A DNA stretch of 41,283 nucleotides from a virus. Taxonomy: Duplodnaviria; Caudoviricetes. The position numbers and the translations under genes are program-made. The notes below the pieces were generated by a model, which saw nothing but the letters and a program-made list of their open reading frames with translations, searched no databases and was not told the DNA's origin. The DNA lies in the IMG/VR virus record IMGVR_UViG_3300032253_000010, positions 1 through 41,283 of that record; one strand, written 5' to 3'. This document shows, in pieces, positions 9,316-18,246 of the stretch (positions within the stretch are counted from its first letter, which is position 1; every line of letters starts with the position of its first letter).

Positions 9316-9783
9316 ATGTCACAAAAATCAATTAGTGATTTAGACCAGGCAAAGCACGATATTGTGCACAAAGGTAAGTTTACTGCCACTGAGCTTTCAG
9401 AGCTTACAGATATTGGTTATGGCACTTTATGCAATAAGGTGCATACCAAATCACCTAATCATTTTTTAATGGTTGATGAGGCCATTAAAATTCAAAAAAT
9501 TCAGGATGTCCGTTTTTTAATTGAGGCTGAGTGCCACGATTTAGGTGGCGTTTATATTGAAATTCCTGAAGAAATTCACAATACATCTGATGTTGATTTA
9601 ATTGCCTCCTGGGCAGCATGGCATAAAGACACCGCAGAAACAGGCACGGCAATTAGTGAAGCTTTAAAGTGTAAGCGCATTACTAAAGACCATTTAAAAA
9701 AAATTCGTAAAGAAATGTTTGAAGACTTTCAACGTGAACTAGAGCTCTATCACAGAATGGAGGCACTTTGCGATGATAAGTAA
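9316..9783 (+). CDS. Phage regulatory protein, CII-like (186/P2 type)
   Basis: Position after cro; YGTLCNKV..PNHFL.VDEA..I and LGGVYI pattern. Confidence 0.7.
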   Translation: MSQKSISDLDQAKHDIVHKGKFTATELSELTDIGYGTLCNKVHTKSPNHFLMVDEAIKIQKIQDVRFLIEAECHDLGGVYIEIPEEIHNTSDVDLIASWAAWHKDTAETGTAISEALKCKRITKDHLKKIRKEMFEDFQRELELYHRMEALCDDK

Positions 9784-9988
9784 CCCCGCCATTCTTAAGC
9801 CCCCCGAAGCCTTACGTAAAAAAGGCATTACACAGGTAACTGACAACATACCCGAAGGTAAACAATTGCAGTTGCCGGGCTCTCTTATTTTTCAATTTTT
9901 TGGTAAAGAACTTCAAGAACGATTTATTAAGGGTGGCCAATATGGCAGCACAACAAATGAGTCTGCCGGGAATGGATCTGGCGAGTGA
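9773..9988 (+). CDS. Hypothetical protein
   Basis: GGAGG RBS, overlaps the cII stop. Confidence 0.45.
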   Translation: MISNPAILKPPEALRKKGITQVTDNIPEGKQLQLPGSLIFQFFGKELQERFIKGGQYGSTTNESAGNGSGE

Positions 9989-10139
9989 TGAGGTGGCTTT
10001 GCGTAATGCGTGGGCGTGTGTGCCGGGTGTTATTAAAAGTGATTTCAATTCTAAGATTGAGTTTGATGCAATTCGATTTTGTTTGGTTCGGGTGGCAGAG
10101 GCGCAAATGAAGAGGGCTAAAAAATGTCGGCACAGTTAA
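9942..10139 (+). CDS. Hypothetical protein
   Basis: MAAQQMSLPGM start, in the early operon (track start 9900). Confidence 0.5.
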   Translation: MAAQQMSLPGMDLASDEVALRNAWACVPGVIKSDFNSKIEFDAIRFCLVRVAEAQMKRAKKCRHS

Positions 10140-10474
10140 TTAAGTTAATAACAACTAAGGCTAAAAAAAATCACAACAAAACGATGAGAACGTGGGTTTT
10201 GGCAAATGAACTGGTTGAGCAGGGAAACGGCATTACTTTCTTCCCTTATTTTTGTAATGAGGGAGACCATTATTCTCTGCATTTGTTTTTCTTTGATACG
10301 TTAAAACAGAAAAATATTGAGGTGGTTGGTGGCCGGTGGATAGATGATTATATTTTTGAAACAGGCATTAAGTTATTACCTATGGCTGTTTCATATTTAG
10401 AGAGTGGAAGGCCAAATGCAGTTTTTATTGAGTTTGCTGTGATTAAGCGATTAGAGAGTATTTTTTCAAATTAA
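10124..10474 (+). CDS. Hypothetical protein
   Basis: 116-aa ORF packed in the early operon. Confidence 0.55.
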   Translation: MSAQLIKLITTKAKKNHNKTMRTWVLANELVEQGNGITFFPYFCNEGDHYSLHLFFFDTLKQKNIEVVGGRWIDDYIFETGIKLLPMAVSYLESGRPNAVFIEFAVIKRLESIFSN

Positions 10475-10832
10475 GGTTAAGCCGCGGGAGGTAAGCCATG
10501 AGTAAAGAAAGATTTTTCGAGATGGTAAGTAATTACCCGAGAATTGCGAAACTTTGGAATAAAGAGCGCGAGGAATTATTGATAGAAAACCTAGAGAGTG
10601 CTCTGGGCGTTATGAGCTCTGGTGAATCTGATATGACCAGGTTTTTTGTGTCGATTTGGTTTTGGAATAATAAGCGTTATGGCTTCGACTTAATTGATGC
10701 AGTATCTCGCGTTGACATACAAGACAGAACAGTAATTTTGACATGGGTAGGTAACCCTTTTTGGCCATAATTAATTTTATCGAAAATAGACTTTATTTGT
10801 TTAGGTTAAGCCGAAGGAGGTAAGCCATGAGT
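10474..10832 (+). repeat. 30-bp direct repeat (10474-10503 and 10803-10832) containing RBS and start codon
   Basis: AGGTTAAGCCG(CG/AA)GGAGGTAAGCCATGAGT, 28/30 identical. Confidence 0.92.
10498..10770 (+). CDS. Hypothetical protein
   Basis: GGAGG RBS; 90 aa; bracketed by the 30-bp repeat. Confidence 0.75.
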   Translation: MSKERFFEMVSNYPRIAKLWNKEREELLIENLESALGVMSSGESDMTRFFVSIWFWNNKRYGFDLIDAVSRVDIQDRTVILTWVGNPFWP

Positions 10833-11435
10833 TATGCGAGAAAACAGTTTGAACGTTATTTAACGGTGGATGAAGAGAAGAAATTATTTAGTTATGTTGC
10901 ACAGTTTGGCGATGTTATGTCGCGCCGTGATTATGCCTGGATGGGGGTGCTTCGACAAAGTGGTATGCGGGTTAAGGCGATGTCTTTATTTACGGTGGAA
11001 GATGCACGGGTTTCGTTGGCCACGGGTTATTTCCACATTCGTGCTGAAACCAACAAAGGCGGTAAGGCGTACACCGTTAAAGCAAATAAAAAAGCATTAA
11101 AACATTTAAGCGCTTTGTTATCTATTCGCGTTGAAATGGGTTTTTTAGAGGTGAACGGTGGCGCATTGGTAATGGGTAGAAACCATAAGGCTTTGAGTAT
11201 TCGTAGTTATCAGGATCGCATAAAACATTGGCGCTTTGCTGCGGGTTTAAAGTGTGATGTTTCGCCGCACTGGTTTAGGCATACGTTAGCTAAACGTATT
11301 ATCAGTACATCTGTTTCTCGTAATCCATTGGCTATTGTTCAGGTGGTTTTAGGGCATGCATCAATTGTTAGCACCGGTGTGTACACCATGCCAGATAAAG
11401 AAGAGCTGTCTCTTAGTATGGAGGCAGCGTCTTAA
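10827..11435 (+). CDS. Tyrosine recombinase, catalytic domain only (202 aa)
   Basis: SGMR (Arg), TNKGG (Lys), SPHWFRH (HxxR), LGH, STGVY (Tyr). No N-terminal core-binding or arm-binding domain. Confidence 0.9.
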   Translation: MSYARKQFERYLTVDEEKKLFSYVAQFGDVMSRRDYAWMGVLRQSGMRVKAMSLFTVEDARVSLATGYFHIRAETNKGGKAYTVKANKKALKHLSALLSIRVEMGFLEVNGGALVMGRNHKALSIRSYQDRIKHWRFAAGLKCDVSPHWFRHTLAKRIISTSVSRNPLAIVQVVLGHASIVSTGVYTMPDKEELSLSMEAAS

Positions 11436-11437
11436 TT

Positions 11438-11761
11438 ATGGAAACGATTAGCGTAGTACAAACCTGTCCAGTGTGTGAGGGCACAGGTAAGCAATATAAC
11501 CCAGATTGGAGTGATTACCTGCAGGCTTGTATGCATTCTGAATTAGGTGGTTATGTTTCAAATGTTGTAAAGCAAACTGATTTTTTCCATTCACGTGGTT
11601 ATGCCGTTATTCCTAACATTATTGAGCCTTGTTCTTGTTGTGATGGTGGCGGGCATGTGGTTGTGAAAATTAGCTTAAAAGATTATTACGAATTGCCAAA
11701 CAAAACCGCTTCCGAGCTCGGGTTTGTTTGGCCTGCATCAGTAAGCTCGGGACGGCTTTAG
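11438..11761 (+). CDS. Zinc-binding protein with two CxxCxGxG motifs
   Basis: CPVCEGTG and CSCCDGGG. Confidence 0.65.
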   Translation: METISVVQTCPVCEGTGKQYNPDWSDYLQACMHSELGGYVSNVVKQTDFFHSRGYAVIPNIIEPCSCCDGGGHVVVKISLKDYYELPNKTASELGFVWPASVSSGRL

Positions 11762-11881
11762 TTAACGGTCAAGTTGATTAAAGATCTGGCAGACCTGGAC
11801 GTGTCTAATCTCGACCCTCCTGCATGTCTTATAGCCAGTTTATTAAGGGAAAGCTTTTTGCGAGTACCTTTTTATTAATAA

Positions 11882-12130
11882 GTGGAGAAAGTTATGGATT
11901 CTAATTTTTTATATGGTGTGATTTTAGGTTTGGTTTATGCCTATGTTGGGCTTTTGGTTGTGCTTTTAACGTTGGATTTTGCAGATAGCGCAGTGAGCAA
12001 ATGTGTAGATGACAGCTTGTTGAAAAGCTTTTTACTGCTTGTGTCATGGGTTGTGGCCGTGCCCTGGTTGCTTTGTGCTTCATGGTTCAAGCTGTTGCGT
12101 AAGCGTTATAAAGCTCTGCGCTTGGTGTAG
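11882..12130 (+). CDS. Small membrane protein (2 predicted TM helices)
   Basis: Two hydrophobic segments and a basic C-terminus. Confidence 0.55.
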   Translation: MEKVMDSNFLYGVILGLVYAYVGLLVVLLTLDFADSAVSKCVDDSLLKSFLLLVSWVVAVPWLLCASWFKLLRKRYKALRLV

Positions 12131-12135
12131 TTAAC

Positions 12136-12411
12136 GTGGCTAAGAAAAGTGTTTGCTATTGGTCGAAAGATCATGTGAAGGCTAAGTCTCTTGTGGTATT
12201 GGCACATGACAATCGCAGGTATATCTACATTGATGAGTTAGGCGATGACAGGAAAGCACAGTTTTTAGCCGCGGCTAAAAAGCTAAATAAAAAATATTAC
12301 GATCTTATTGAAAATGATGATTTTGTGCAGGCAATAAAAAAAGAATTTAATGCCACGGTGGTGATTGAGCAGAAGTCATTTAATAGAGCGATGAACGTTA
12401 AAAAAAGGTGA
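12136..12411 (+). CDS. Hypothetical protein
   Basis: Packed ORF in the early operon. Confidence 0.55.
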   Translation: MAKKSVCYWSKDHVKAKSLVVLAHDNRRYIYIDELGDDRKAQFLAAAKKLNKKYYDLIENDDFVQAIKKEFNATVVIEQKSFNRAMNVKKR

Positions 12412-12728
12412 ATATTATGAAACCGCTGTTACATGAAGTTAAGGCTGCACCAAGCGCTGCGCCTGAAAACGTGATTCTTTTAGATTTACGTAAAAAAGGA
12501 CTAATAGAAAACAATGCCATATTAAAGCCGTTAAATGGTTTGTTAATGTCAAATGCAAAGGATGAGTGGTTTGAATCTAATGTAGGGCAAAGCTGTTTGC
12601 AGCCTGAAATTTTGTATAACCCAAAGGATGGGCTGAAGTATTTAAAAGAAAGGCTTGAGGCAGCTTTTATTGCCGGTGCTACTGCATCTTTTGTTGTTTT
12701 GAATGCTGATGATGAGACACAAATATGA
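12408..12728 (+). CDS. Hypothetical protein
   Basis: 4-bp overlaps with both neighbours. Confidence 0.55.
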   Translation: MNIMKPLLHEVKAAPSAAPENVILLDLRKKGLIENNAILKPLNGLLMSNAKDEWFESNVGQSCLQPEILYNPKDGLKYLKERLEAAFIAGATASFVVLNADDETQI

Positions 12729-13342
12729 CCGTTGAAGCATATCCACTATGTTGGCCAGAAGGCTGGCCACACACTGAATCACATAAACGTGAACGCTCGC
12801 GATTTAATACATCACCTGATCTGGCCCGAAGGAATTTATTAAATGAGATTAAACGTCTTATTGGTAAGTACTATTTCAAACGTTCGAACGTGATTATTTC
12901 AACAAATATTAAATTGCGTCTTGACGGTGAACCCCATATGAGTCAACGCACACCAGATGAACCAGGTGTTGCTGTTTATTTTGAGTACAAGAAAAAGCCA
13001 ATGGTATTTGCCTGTGATCGCTGGAGCCTAGTGCATGACAATTTGCACTCTATAGGAAAAACAATAGAAGCATTAAGGGGGATCGAGCGATGGGGGGCCA
13101 GTGACATGCTTGAAAGAGCTTTTACTGGTTTTGAGCAACTGCCATCACCTGGAACAGTTGGCTCAGAGAGTTGGCAGGATGTTTTACAGGTAGGAAACCA
13201 ATTTACATTTGAAGAATGTGAGAAAAATTATAAAACACTTGCATTTGATTATCACCCAGATAAACCAACTGGTAGCAATGAAAGAATGCAGCAACTTAAC
13301 TGGGCACGTCGTAAGGCCCGAGAGTTTTTTAATAAGCCATGA
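12725..13342 (+). CDS. Phage protein with C-terminal J domain
   Basis: WQDVLQV..YKTLAFDYHPDK..MQQLNWA carries the HPD motif. N-terminus AYPLCWPEGWPHT. Confidence 0.85.
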   Translation: MTVEAYPLCWPEGWPHTESHKRERSRFNTSPDLARRNLLNEIKRLIGKYYFKRSNVIISTNIKLRLDGEPHMSQRTPDEPGVAVYFEYKKKPMVFACDRWSLVHDNLHSIGKTIEALRGIERWGASDMLERAFTGFEQLPSPGTVGSESWQDVLQVGNQFTFEECEKNYKTLAFDYHPDKPTGSNERMQQLNWARRKAREFFNKP

Positions 13343-13357
13343 CACAAAGGTATAAAC

Positions 13358-13600
13358 ATGAAAAATAAATTGATTGATTTAAATAATCATCTGTTTGCTC
13401 AAATGGAACGTCTTTCAAGTGAGGATTTGAAAGACGATGAACTTAAGAACGAAATAATGCGATCAAAAGAAATGTCGAATATTGCAGGCAAAATTATTGA
13501 TAATGGCCGTCTTGCTTTTGATGCACATAAAGCAGTAGGTGACGGATTAGTTTCTGGAACACCACAAATGTTAGGTTTAGAGAAAAAAAATGGGCTTTAG
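13358..13600 (+). CDS. Conserved-type phage protein upstream of HNH gene
   Basis: MKNKLIDLNNHLFAQMERL pattern. Confidence 0.7.
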   Translation: MKNKLIDLNNHLFAQMERLSSEDLKDDELKNEIMRSKEMSNIAGKIIDNGRLAFDAHKAVGDGLVSGTPQMLGLEKKNGL

Positions 13601-14387
13601 ATACTCCCATGAGAATCTAGAATTTCTTAAACATGGTTATATTGAGATGCAGATACCAGAGCTAACAACTGCTTTTAATGGGTTTTTTGATTTAGATAAA
13701 ACTGAAGTTCAAATTAAATCAGCTTTAAAATCTCATGGTTTTAAATGTGGCAGACCTGTTGGCGTAGAAAAAGGGACTTTTCGATCATTTACAAAAGAGC
13801 AGGCTGATTTTGTTATTGAATACTATAAACAGCTAAGTTTGGTTGAATTAACAAAGGCCTTTAATAATGTCTTCAAATTAGATAAAACCGTCCAGCAAAT
13901 CAGGTGTTTTACAAGAAATCATAGTATTAAGTCTGGTCGGACTGGTCAATATTCAAAAGGTTTAAAACCATGGAATAGCGGAACAAAGGGAATATGCAAA
14001 CCAAATTCAGGTAGCTTCAAAAAAGGTGATAATCCAAAAAATATTAACCCGATAGGGCATGAACGTATATGTAATAAAGATGGGTATATTTTGGTGAAAA
14101 TAGCAGAACCAAACCCATACACAAGTGCGAAAACAAGGTACAGGCATAAGCATTTATTTATTTGGGAAAAAGCTAACGGTAAAGTTCAGCCAGGAATGGT
14201 TGTCACATTTAAAGACGGAAATAAGCTTAATTGTGATCTTGATAATTTAATCGTTATCTCAAGGGCAGAAAATCTATACCTCAACCGTCACGGTTATAAA
14301 GACTTACCTGATGAATTAAAACCAAGCATGTTGGCATTGGCGAAGCTAGAAACGAAACGTTTTGAACTAATAAAGGATAAATCATGA
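13590..14387 (+). CDS. HNH-family endonuclease-like protein
   Basis: KDGYILVK..HLFIWEKANG..VVTFKDGNKLNCDLDNL..ISRAEN. Confidence 0.8.
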   Translation: MGFRYSHENLEFLKHGYIEMQIPELTTAFNGFFDLDKTEVQIKSALKSHGFKCGRPVGVEKGTFRSFTKEQADFVIEYYKQLSLVELTKAFNNVFKLDKTVQQIRCFTRNHSIKSGRTGQYSKGLKPWNSGTKGICKPNSGSFKKGDNPKNINPIGHERICNKDGYILVKIAEPNPYTSAKTRYRHKHLFIWEKANGKVQPGMVVTFKDGNKLNCDLDNLIVISRAENLYLNRHGYKDLPDELKPSMLALAKLETKRFELIKDKS

Positions 14388-14554
14388 GTTCTAAATCTAT
14401 AGAATCGTCTGAAATTATGCAGCATATTGATGATATGCAGGTACGTGAATCATTGCTAAGAACGGATATTTTAAAGCTACAGGTACAGGTAGATACGATT
14501 CACCAAGAGCGTATTAAGTTGACCGTATCATTAAAGCAACATTTAGAAGACTAA
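14384..14554 (+). CDS. Small coiled-coil protein (56 aa; below the ORF-track cutoff)
   Basis: ATGA overlap with the HNH gene, AGGA RBS, heptad Leu/Ile pattern. Confidence 0.5.
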   Translation: MSSKSIESSEIMQHIDDMQVRESLLRTDILKLQVQVDTIHQERIKLTVSLKQHLED

Positions 14555-14566
14555 CGGAAAGCAAAA

Positions 14567-14881
14567 ATGAGTAAGTCATTATTTATACCACTGAAAACGG
14601 AGTACTTTAAGGCTTTTCAGGATGGTAGTAAATCAGAAGAGTTGCGTAAGTATGGTCCTGGGTGGAATGAGAAAACTTGCAGGGTAGGGCGTGATGTTGT
14701 TTTGTCTAAAGGCTATGGCAAACAATGCCGAATGAGAGGTATTATTTATCGGTTTAAAAAGCAGCATGGTTCATTGTTTGGCTCTACTTATAAAGCTGAA
14801 ATAATAGCAGTGTATGGCACTTTGGATATTGAAATTGCCTGTATAGGAATCTCTAATATTAGACCCCATAAACGGATATAA
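14567..14881 (+). CDS. ASCH/PUA-like domain protein
   Basis: LFIPLKTEYFKAFQDGSKSEELR matches the ASCH G.K..E.R motif. Confidence 0.7.
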   Translation: MSKSLFIPLKTEYFKAFQDGSKSEELRKYGPGWNEKTCRVGRDVVLSKGYGKQCRMRGIIYRFKKQHGSLFGSTYKAEIIAVYGTLDIEIACIGISNIRPHKRI

Positions 14882-14972
14882 CAGGGACTTTTACACCACT
14901 ATCCGACATAACAAACTCACTATATCGAAAGCCACTAATCGAATTGATATTAAATAATAACCGGGCTTACAA

Positions 14973-17702
14973 ATGGCATCAATACAACAATTAAAAGAAC
15001 AAATTGATTTACACGACTTAGCAGTAAAATTAAACCTTAAACAAGCAAAAGGTAAAAACGCAAATTATTACAGCCCACACCACAGTGACAAATCACCTAG
15101 CCTTTCAATAGATAATAAGCGTAACCGCTGGAAAGATTTTAGCGACCCGGATTCTGGCGGCTCATGTATTGACCTGGTTATGTATGTGGAAGGGGTTGAA
15201 GCGGCTGAAGCGGTTAATATTTTGCACGAAATTTTTAATATTCCTAAAGATAAACCCAACCCAAGAAATAACCAGAAAAAATCAACTGTCGAATACATCG
15301 CAGATAATTGCAAAGGCAATGATGACAAAATAATTGAATATATAACGGGTCGCAGTATCTCTCAAAAAGTGATAAAGCAGGCCATTAGTAAAGGCATGTT
15401 AGGTTTTAATACTTACATCGGTAAAACAGCTACACCAGGTGAATTTGGTTATGGTGGCCCAGGTGTCGCTTTTATTGTTAAGTGTTTGAATACTTCTAAC
15501 ATTGTTGCTGTTGATATGCGTTATCTAGACCCTGAGTTAAACGGTGGGGTTAAAACACAAATTCAGGGTGAGAAAAATGGTTATTTATGGACCAGTGATA
15601 TTCAAAAACTTAAACGATCGCATGTTGTTTTCGTTGTTGAAAGTTCGATTAATGCCTTATCAATAGACAGTTGCGAAATACCAGGTACAGCCTCAATTGC
15701 TTTAAGAGGCACGGGTAATACAGATAATTTAGACCTGCGTTTTTTAATAGGTAAAAAGGTGGTTATTTGCCTGGATAACGACCCGCAAACGGATAAAGGA
15801 AAATACCCCGGGCAGGAGGCTTCGTGGGTTTTGCATTCGCGCCTTACGGCCATGAATGTGGCTTGTCATTTAACAGACCAAACTACATGGGATGAAGATG
15901 AATATAACGATGTTAATGACATTATTCAGGATGTAGGTGTCTCGGGGTTAAAGATACATTTATCGAAGTTGCAGGGTGGGTGTATACCAGGTGTTTATGT
16001 TTCTGAAGATTACCAGGGCCCGAGGCGCATCTGGTTACCGCCACATGATTTTGCTCAGTATTGGCGTTTTAGAGTAAAAGAAGATTTCACTACCTGCATT
16101 ACTAAAATGACTGAAGATGATGACGGTAATAAAAAACCAGAGTTTGCTGATTTATGTGGTTTTAGGGTAGCTGGGCTTTCACGTATAACCGTTTCAAGCG
16201 CAGTTTCTACTATGAGTGGTGAAGAAGATACTTCGCCCAGAACTCAATTTGCTGTAAGTGTGCAAACACCTCGACACGGTAATAAATTAATTCGAAGAGT
16301 GTTTGAAGATGAGCGCTTGCATAATGTAGATCAGTGGCGAAAGTTTGGCCCTGTGTATGCACAAAATGGATTTTTACGCATGATTAATATTTTAGAGCGA
16401 GCTGCACATATTGGCTCACGTGAAGCTATTAATTTTGTTGGATTGGCATGGAGACAGGGTAAGCCAACGGTAAATGAAGGGCCTGACTGCTATTTTACCG
16501 ACCCTAATAAGCAATGCCCTTATTATAACTTATCTTTTCCATCGGGCTCAAAAAGTGACGCTAGAAAAGTGATTAAGGCTTACCAGGCAACATTTAAAAA
16601 TAATGCGGCTATGCACACTTTAATGTGGAGTATTGGGGGGCATTTAAAGGCTTTTATGGGGTTTTGGCCGCATTTAATTATGCAGGCTGATAAGGGGAGT
16701 GGTAAGTCGGTTTTAACTCAGAGGCTTTCGCGTACTGTTTCTATGACGATGTTTTCTGGCCAGTCATTACAAACCGAATACCGGTTACTTACTTCTATTA
16801 GTGGTACGTCTCACCCCATTGGCTGGGAAGAAATTTCGGCACGCTCTCAGCAGGTAATTGATAAAGCGGTTTCTTTATTACAGGAATCATATGGCTATAC
16901 GGTTACATACCGTGGCACTGATATGACTGAATATTTAATTTCTGCGCCGGTGTTGCTTGCGGGTGAAGATGTGCCAGTTAAAAGTGTTACCGGCAAAGTT
17001 GTGCGGGTTAATTTAAGCCAGCGTAAGGGCGATTTACTGCCTGAAGATTTACCTCGTTTTCCTATGCTTGAGTGGTTACAGTTTTTAGCTGAACAATCAC
17101 GCACCCAAATACTCGAGCTTCATAAAAGGGCTGTCGACCATTGCGATTATCATTGCAGAACCGATGGCAAAGATGAGGGTGCGAGCCGTATGTTAAACAA
17201 CTATGCCGCTATGCTAACCAGTTGGCGGTTGCTGTGTTCTTTTGCCGATATACCAAAAGAAACAGGCAATTTTGAAGCTGACTTATTAACTGAAATGAAT
17301 GTCCACATTGCTGAAACCAGTGGTGACCGTCAGCCCTGGGTATGGATTATTGAAACCTTGTTTAGTCAGATTTCTTCTCATATGTTTAATTACCCATATA
17401 AGTTTGTATTAATGCGTAATGAAGGTGAGCCGGTTGAATGCCTGTTAATTCGTTGTACGCATATCATGCAGCATTTTAAACACAGCCCCAGCCTTAAAGA
17501 CACCTATAACAGCCTGCCTGTTAAGTCAGATCGAGTGCTCAAACGTCAATTAAATCAGGCAGAAGTGATTTATAAAGACAGGGTTGATACAACCATCGCT
17601 AAGAAGAGAGAGAGCCACATGATGGCTCTGTCTATTGATGCGCTGGAAGCCTATGGACTGCACGTGAGCCGCCCTGAAACACCTGATGAACTCGCAGAGT
17701 AA
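14973..17702 (+). CDS. Primase-helicase replication protein (CHC2-like + TOPRIM + P-loop NTPase)
   Basis: SPHHSDKSPSLSI (CHC2-like); VVESSINAL, CLDND and NDVND (TOPRIM); ADKGSGKS Walker A; IGWEE Walker B. Confidence 0.88.
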   Translation: MASIQQLKEQIDLHDLAVKLNLKQAKGKNANYYSPHHSDKSPSLSIDNKRNRWKDFSDPDSGGSCIDLVMYVEGVEAAEAVNILHEIFNIPKDKPNPRNNQKKSTVEYIADNCKGNDDKIIEYITGRSISQKVIKQAISKGMLGFNTYIGKTATPGEFGYGGPGVAFIVKCLNTSNIVAVDMRYLDPELNGGVKTQIQGEKNGYLWTSDIQKLKRSHVVFVVESSINALSIDSCEIPGTASIALRGTGNTDNLDLRFLIGKKVVICLDNDPQTDKGKYPGQEASWVLHSRLTAMNVACHLTDQTTWDEDEYNDVNDIIQDVGVSGLKIHLSKLQGGCIPGVYVSEDYQGPRRIWLPPHDFAQYWRFRVKEDFTTCITKMTEDDDGNKKPEFADLCGFRVAGLSRITVSSAVSTMSGEEDTSPRTQFAVSVQTPRHGNKLIRRVFEDERLHNVDQWRKFGPVYAQNGFLRMINILERAAHIGSREAINFVGLAWRQGKPTVNEGPDCYFTDPNKQCPYYNLSFPSGSKSDARKVIKAYQATFKNNAAMHTLMWSIGGHLKAFMGFWPHLIMQADKGSGKSVLTQRLSRTVSMTMFSGQSLQTEYRLLTSISGTSHPIGWEEISARSQQVIDKAVSLLQESYGYTVTYRGTDMTEYLISAPVLLAGEDVPVKSVTGKVVRVNLSQRKGDLLPEDLPRFPMLEWLQFLAEQSRTQILELHKRAVDHCDYHCRTDGKDEGASRMLNNYAAMLTSWRLLCSFADIPKETGNFEADLLTEMNVHIAETSGDRQPWVWIIETLFSQISSHMFNYPYKFVLMRNEGEPVECLLIRCTHIMQHFKHSPSLKDTYNSLPVKSDRVLKRQLNQAEVIYKDRVDTTIAKKRESHMMALSIDALEAYGLHVSRPETPDELAE

Positions 17703-17898
17703 TAAGGGGGCTACATATGCTTATGTGTAAACACTCCCCCCGCACCCCCCAACAAGTTTGGCTGCGCCATTTTAATAAAAAAAACTTCATCAGTTTTTTT
17801 TACGTCAAAATCTTCCCTATAAGTTGTCGGGGATGGTTCGTTTTTGTGGCGGAATTCGTTACTTTTTTATCTATGTCATTGATTGTTGGGGATAAACC

Positions 17899-18213
17899 GT
17901 GGCGGGTTAGCTTGTTTTATACGCCAGTTAGCGTTATTTATGCGCGGGTTACGTTGATTTGCACGCGCTTCTCTATTTTTCACTCTTTATATATATATTT
18001 ATCTTATCTTATTGAAAAGAAAGAAAATAAAGGGGTAGATGAGGGGGAAATACAGGGTTTTACAATACGCGGGTTACGTATATTACCATGTACTAACCTA
18101 CGCGGGTTATGCGTGGGTTTTACCCTAATGCGCGTATCAACCCGCGCACATCTTTCTTATAAGAAACAAATAGTTATGTATAAAATTAGGTTGATCCGCC
18201 AATACGCGGGTAA
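17899..18213. promoter_or_regulatory. Probable replication origin: TACGCGGGTTA-type iterons around an AT-rich core
   Basis: Copies ending at 17909, 17930, 17951 and (degenerate) 17972 give a 21-bp period. AT-rich stretch at about 17973-18031. More copies at 18066, 18099, 18110 and 18203, and an inverted copy at 18139-18148. Confidence 0.75.
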
Positions 18214-18246
18214 ATCTGCCCCTACCTTCTTTTTTCGGAGTATTTC

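Noticed and set aside
17899-18213. CRISPR array
   Set aside because: Repeats are 11 bp, degenerate and in both orientations, with no spacer-sized regular gaps and no cas genes.
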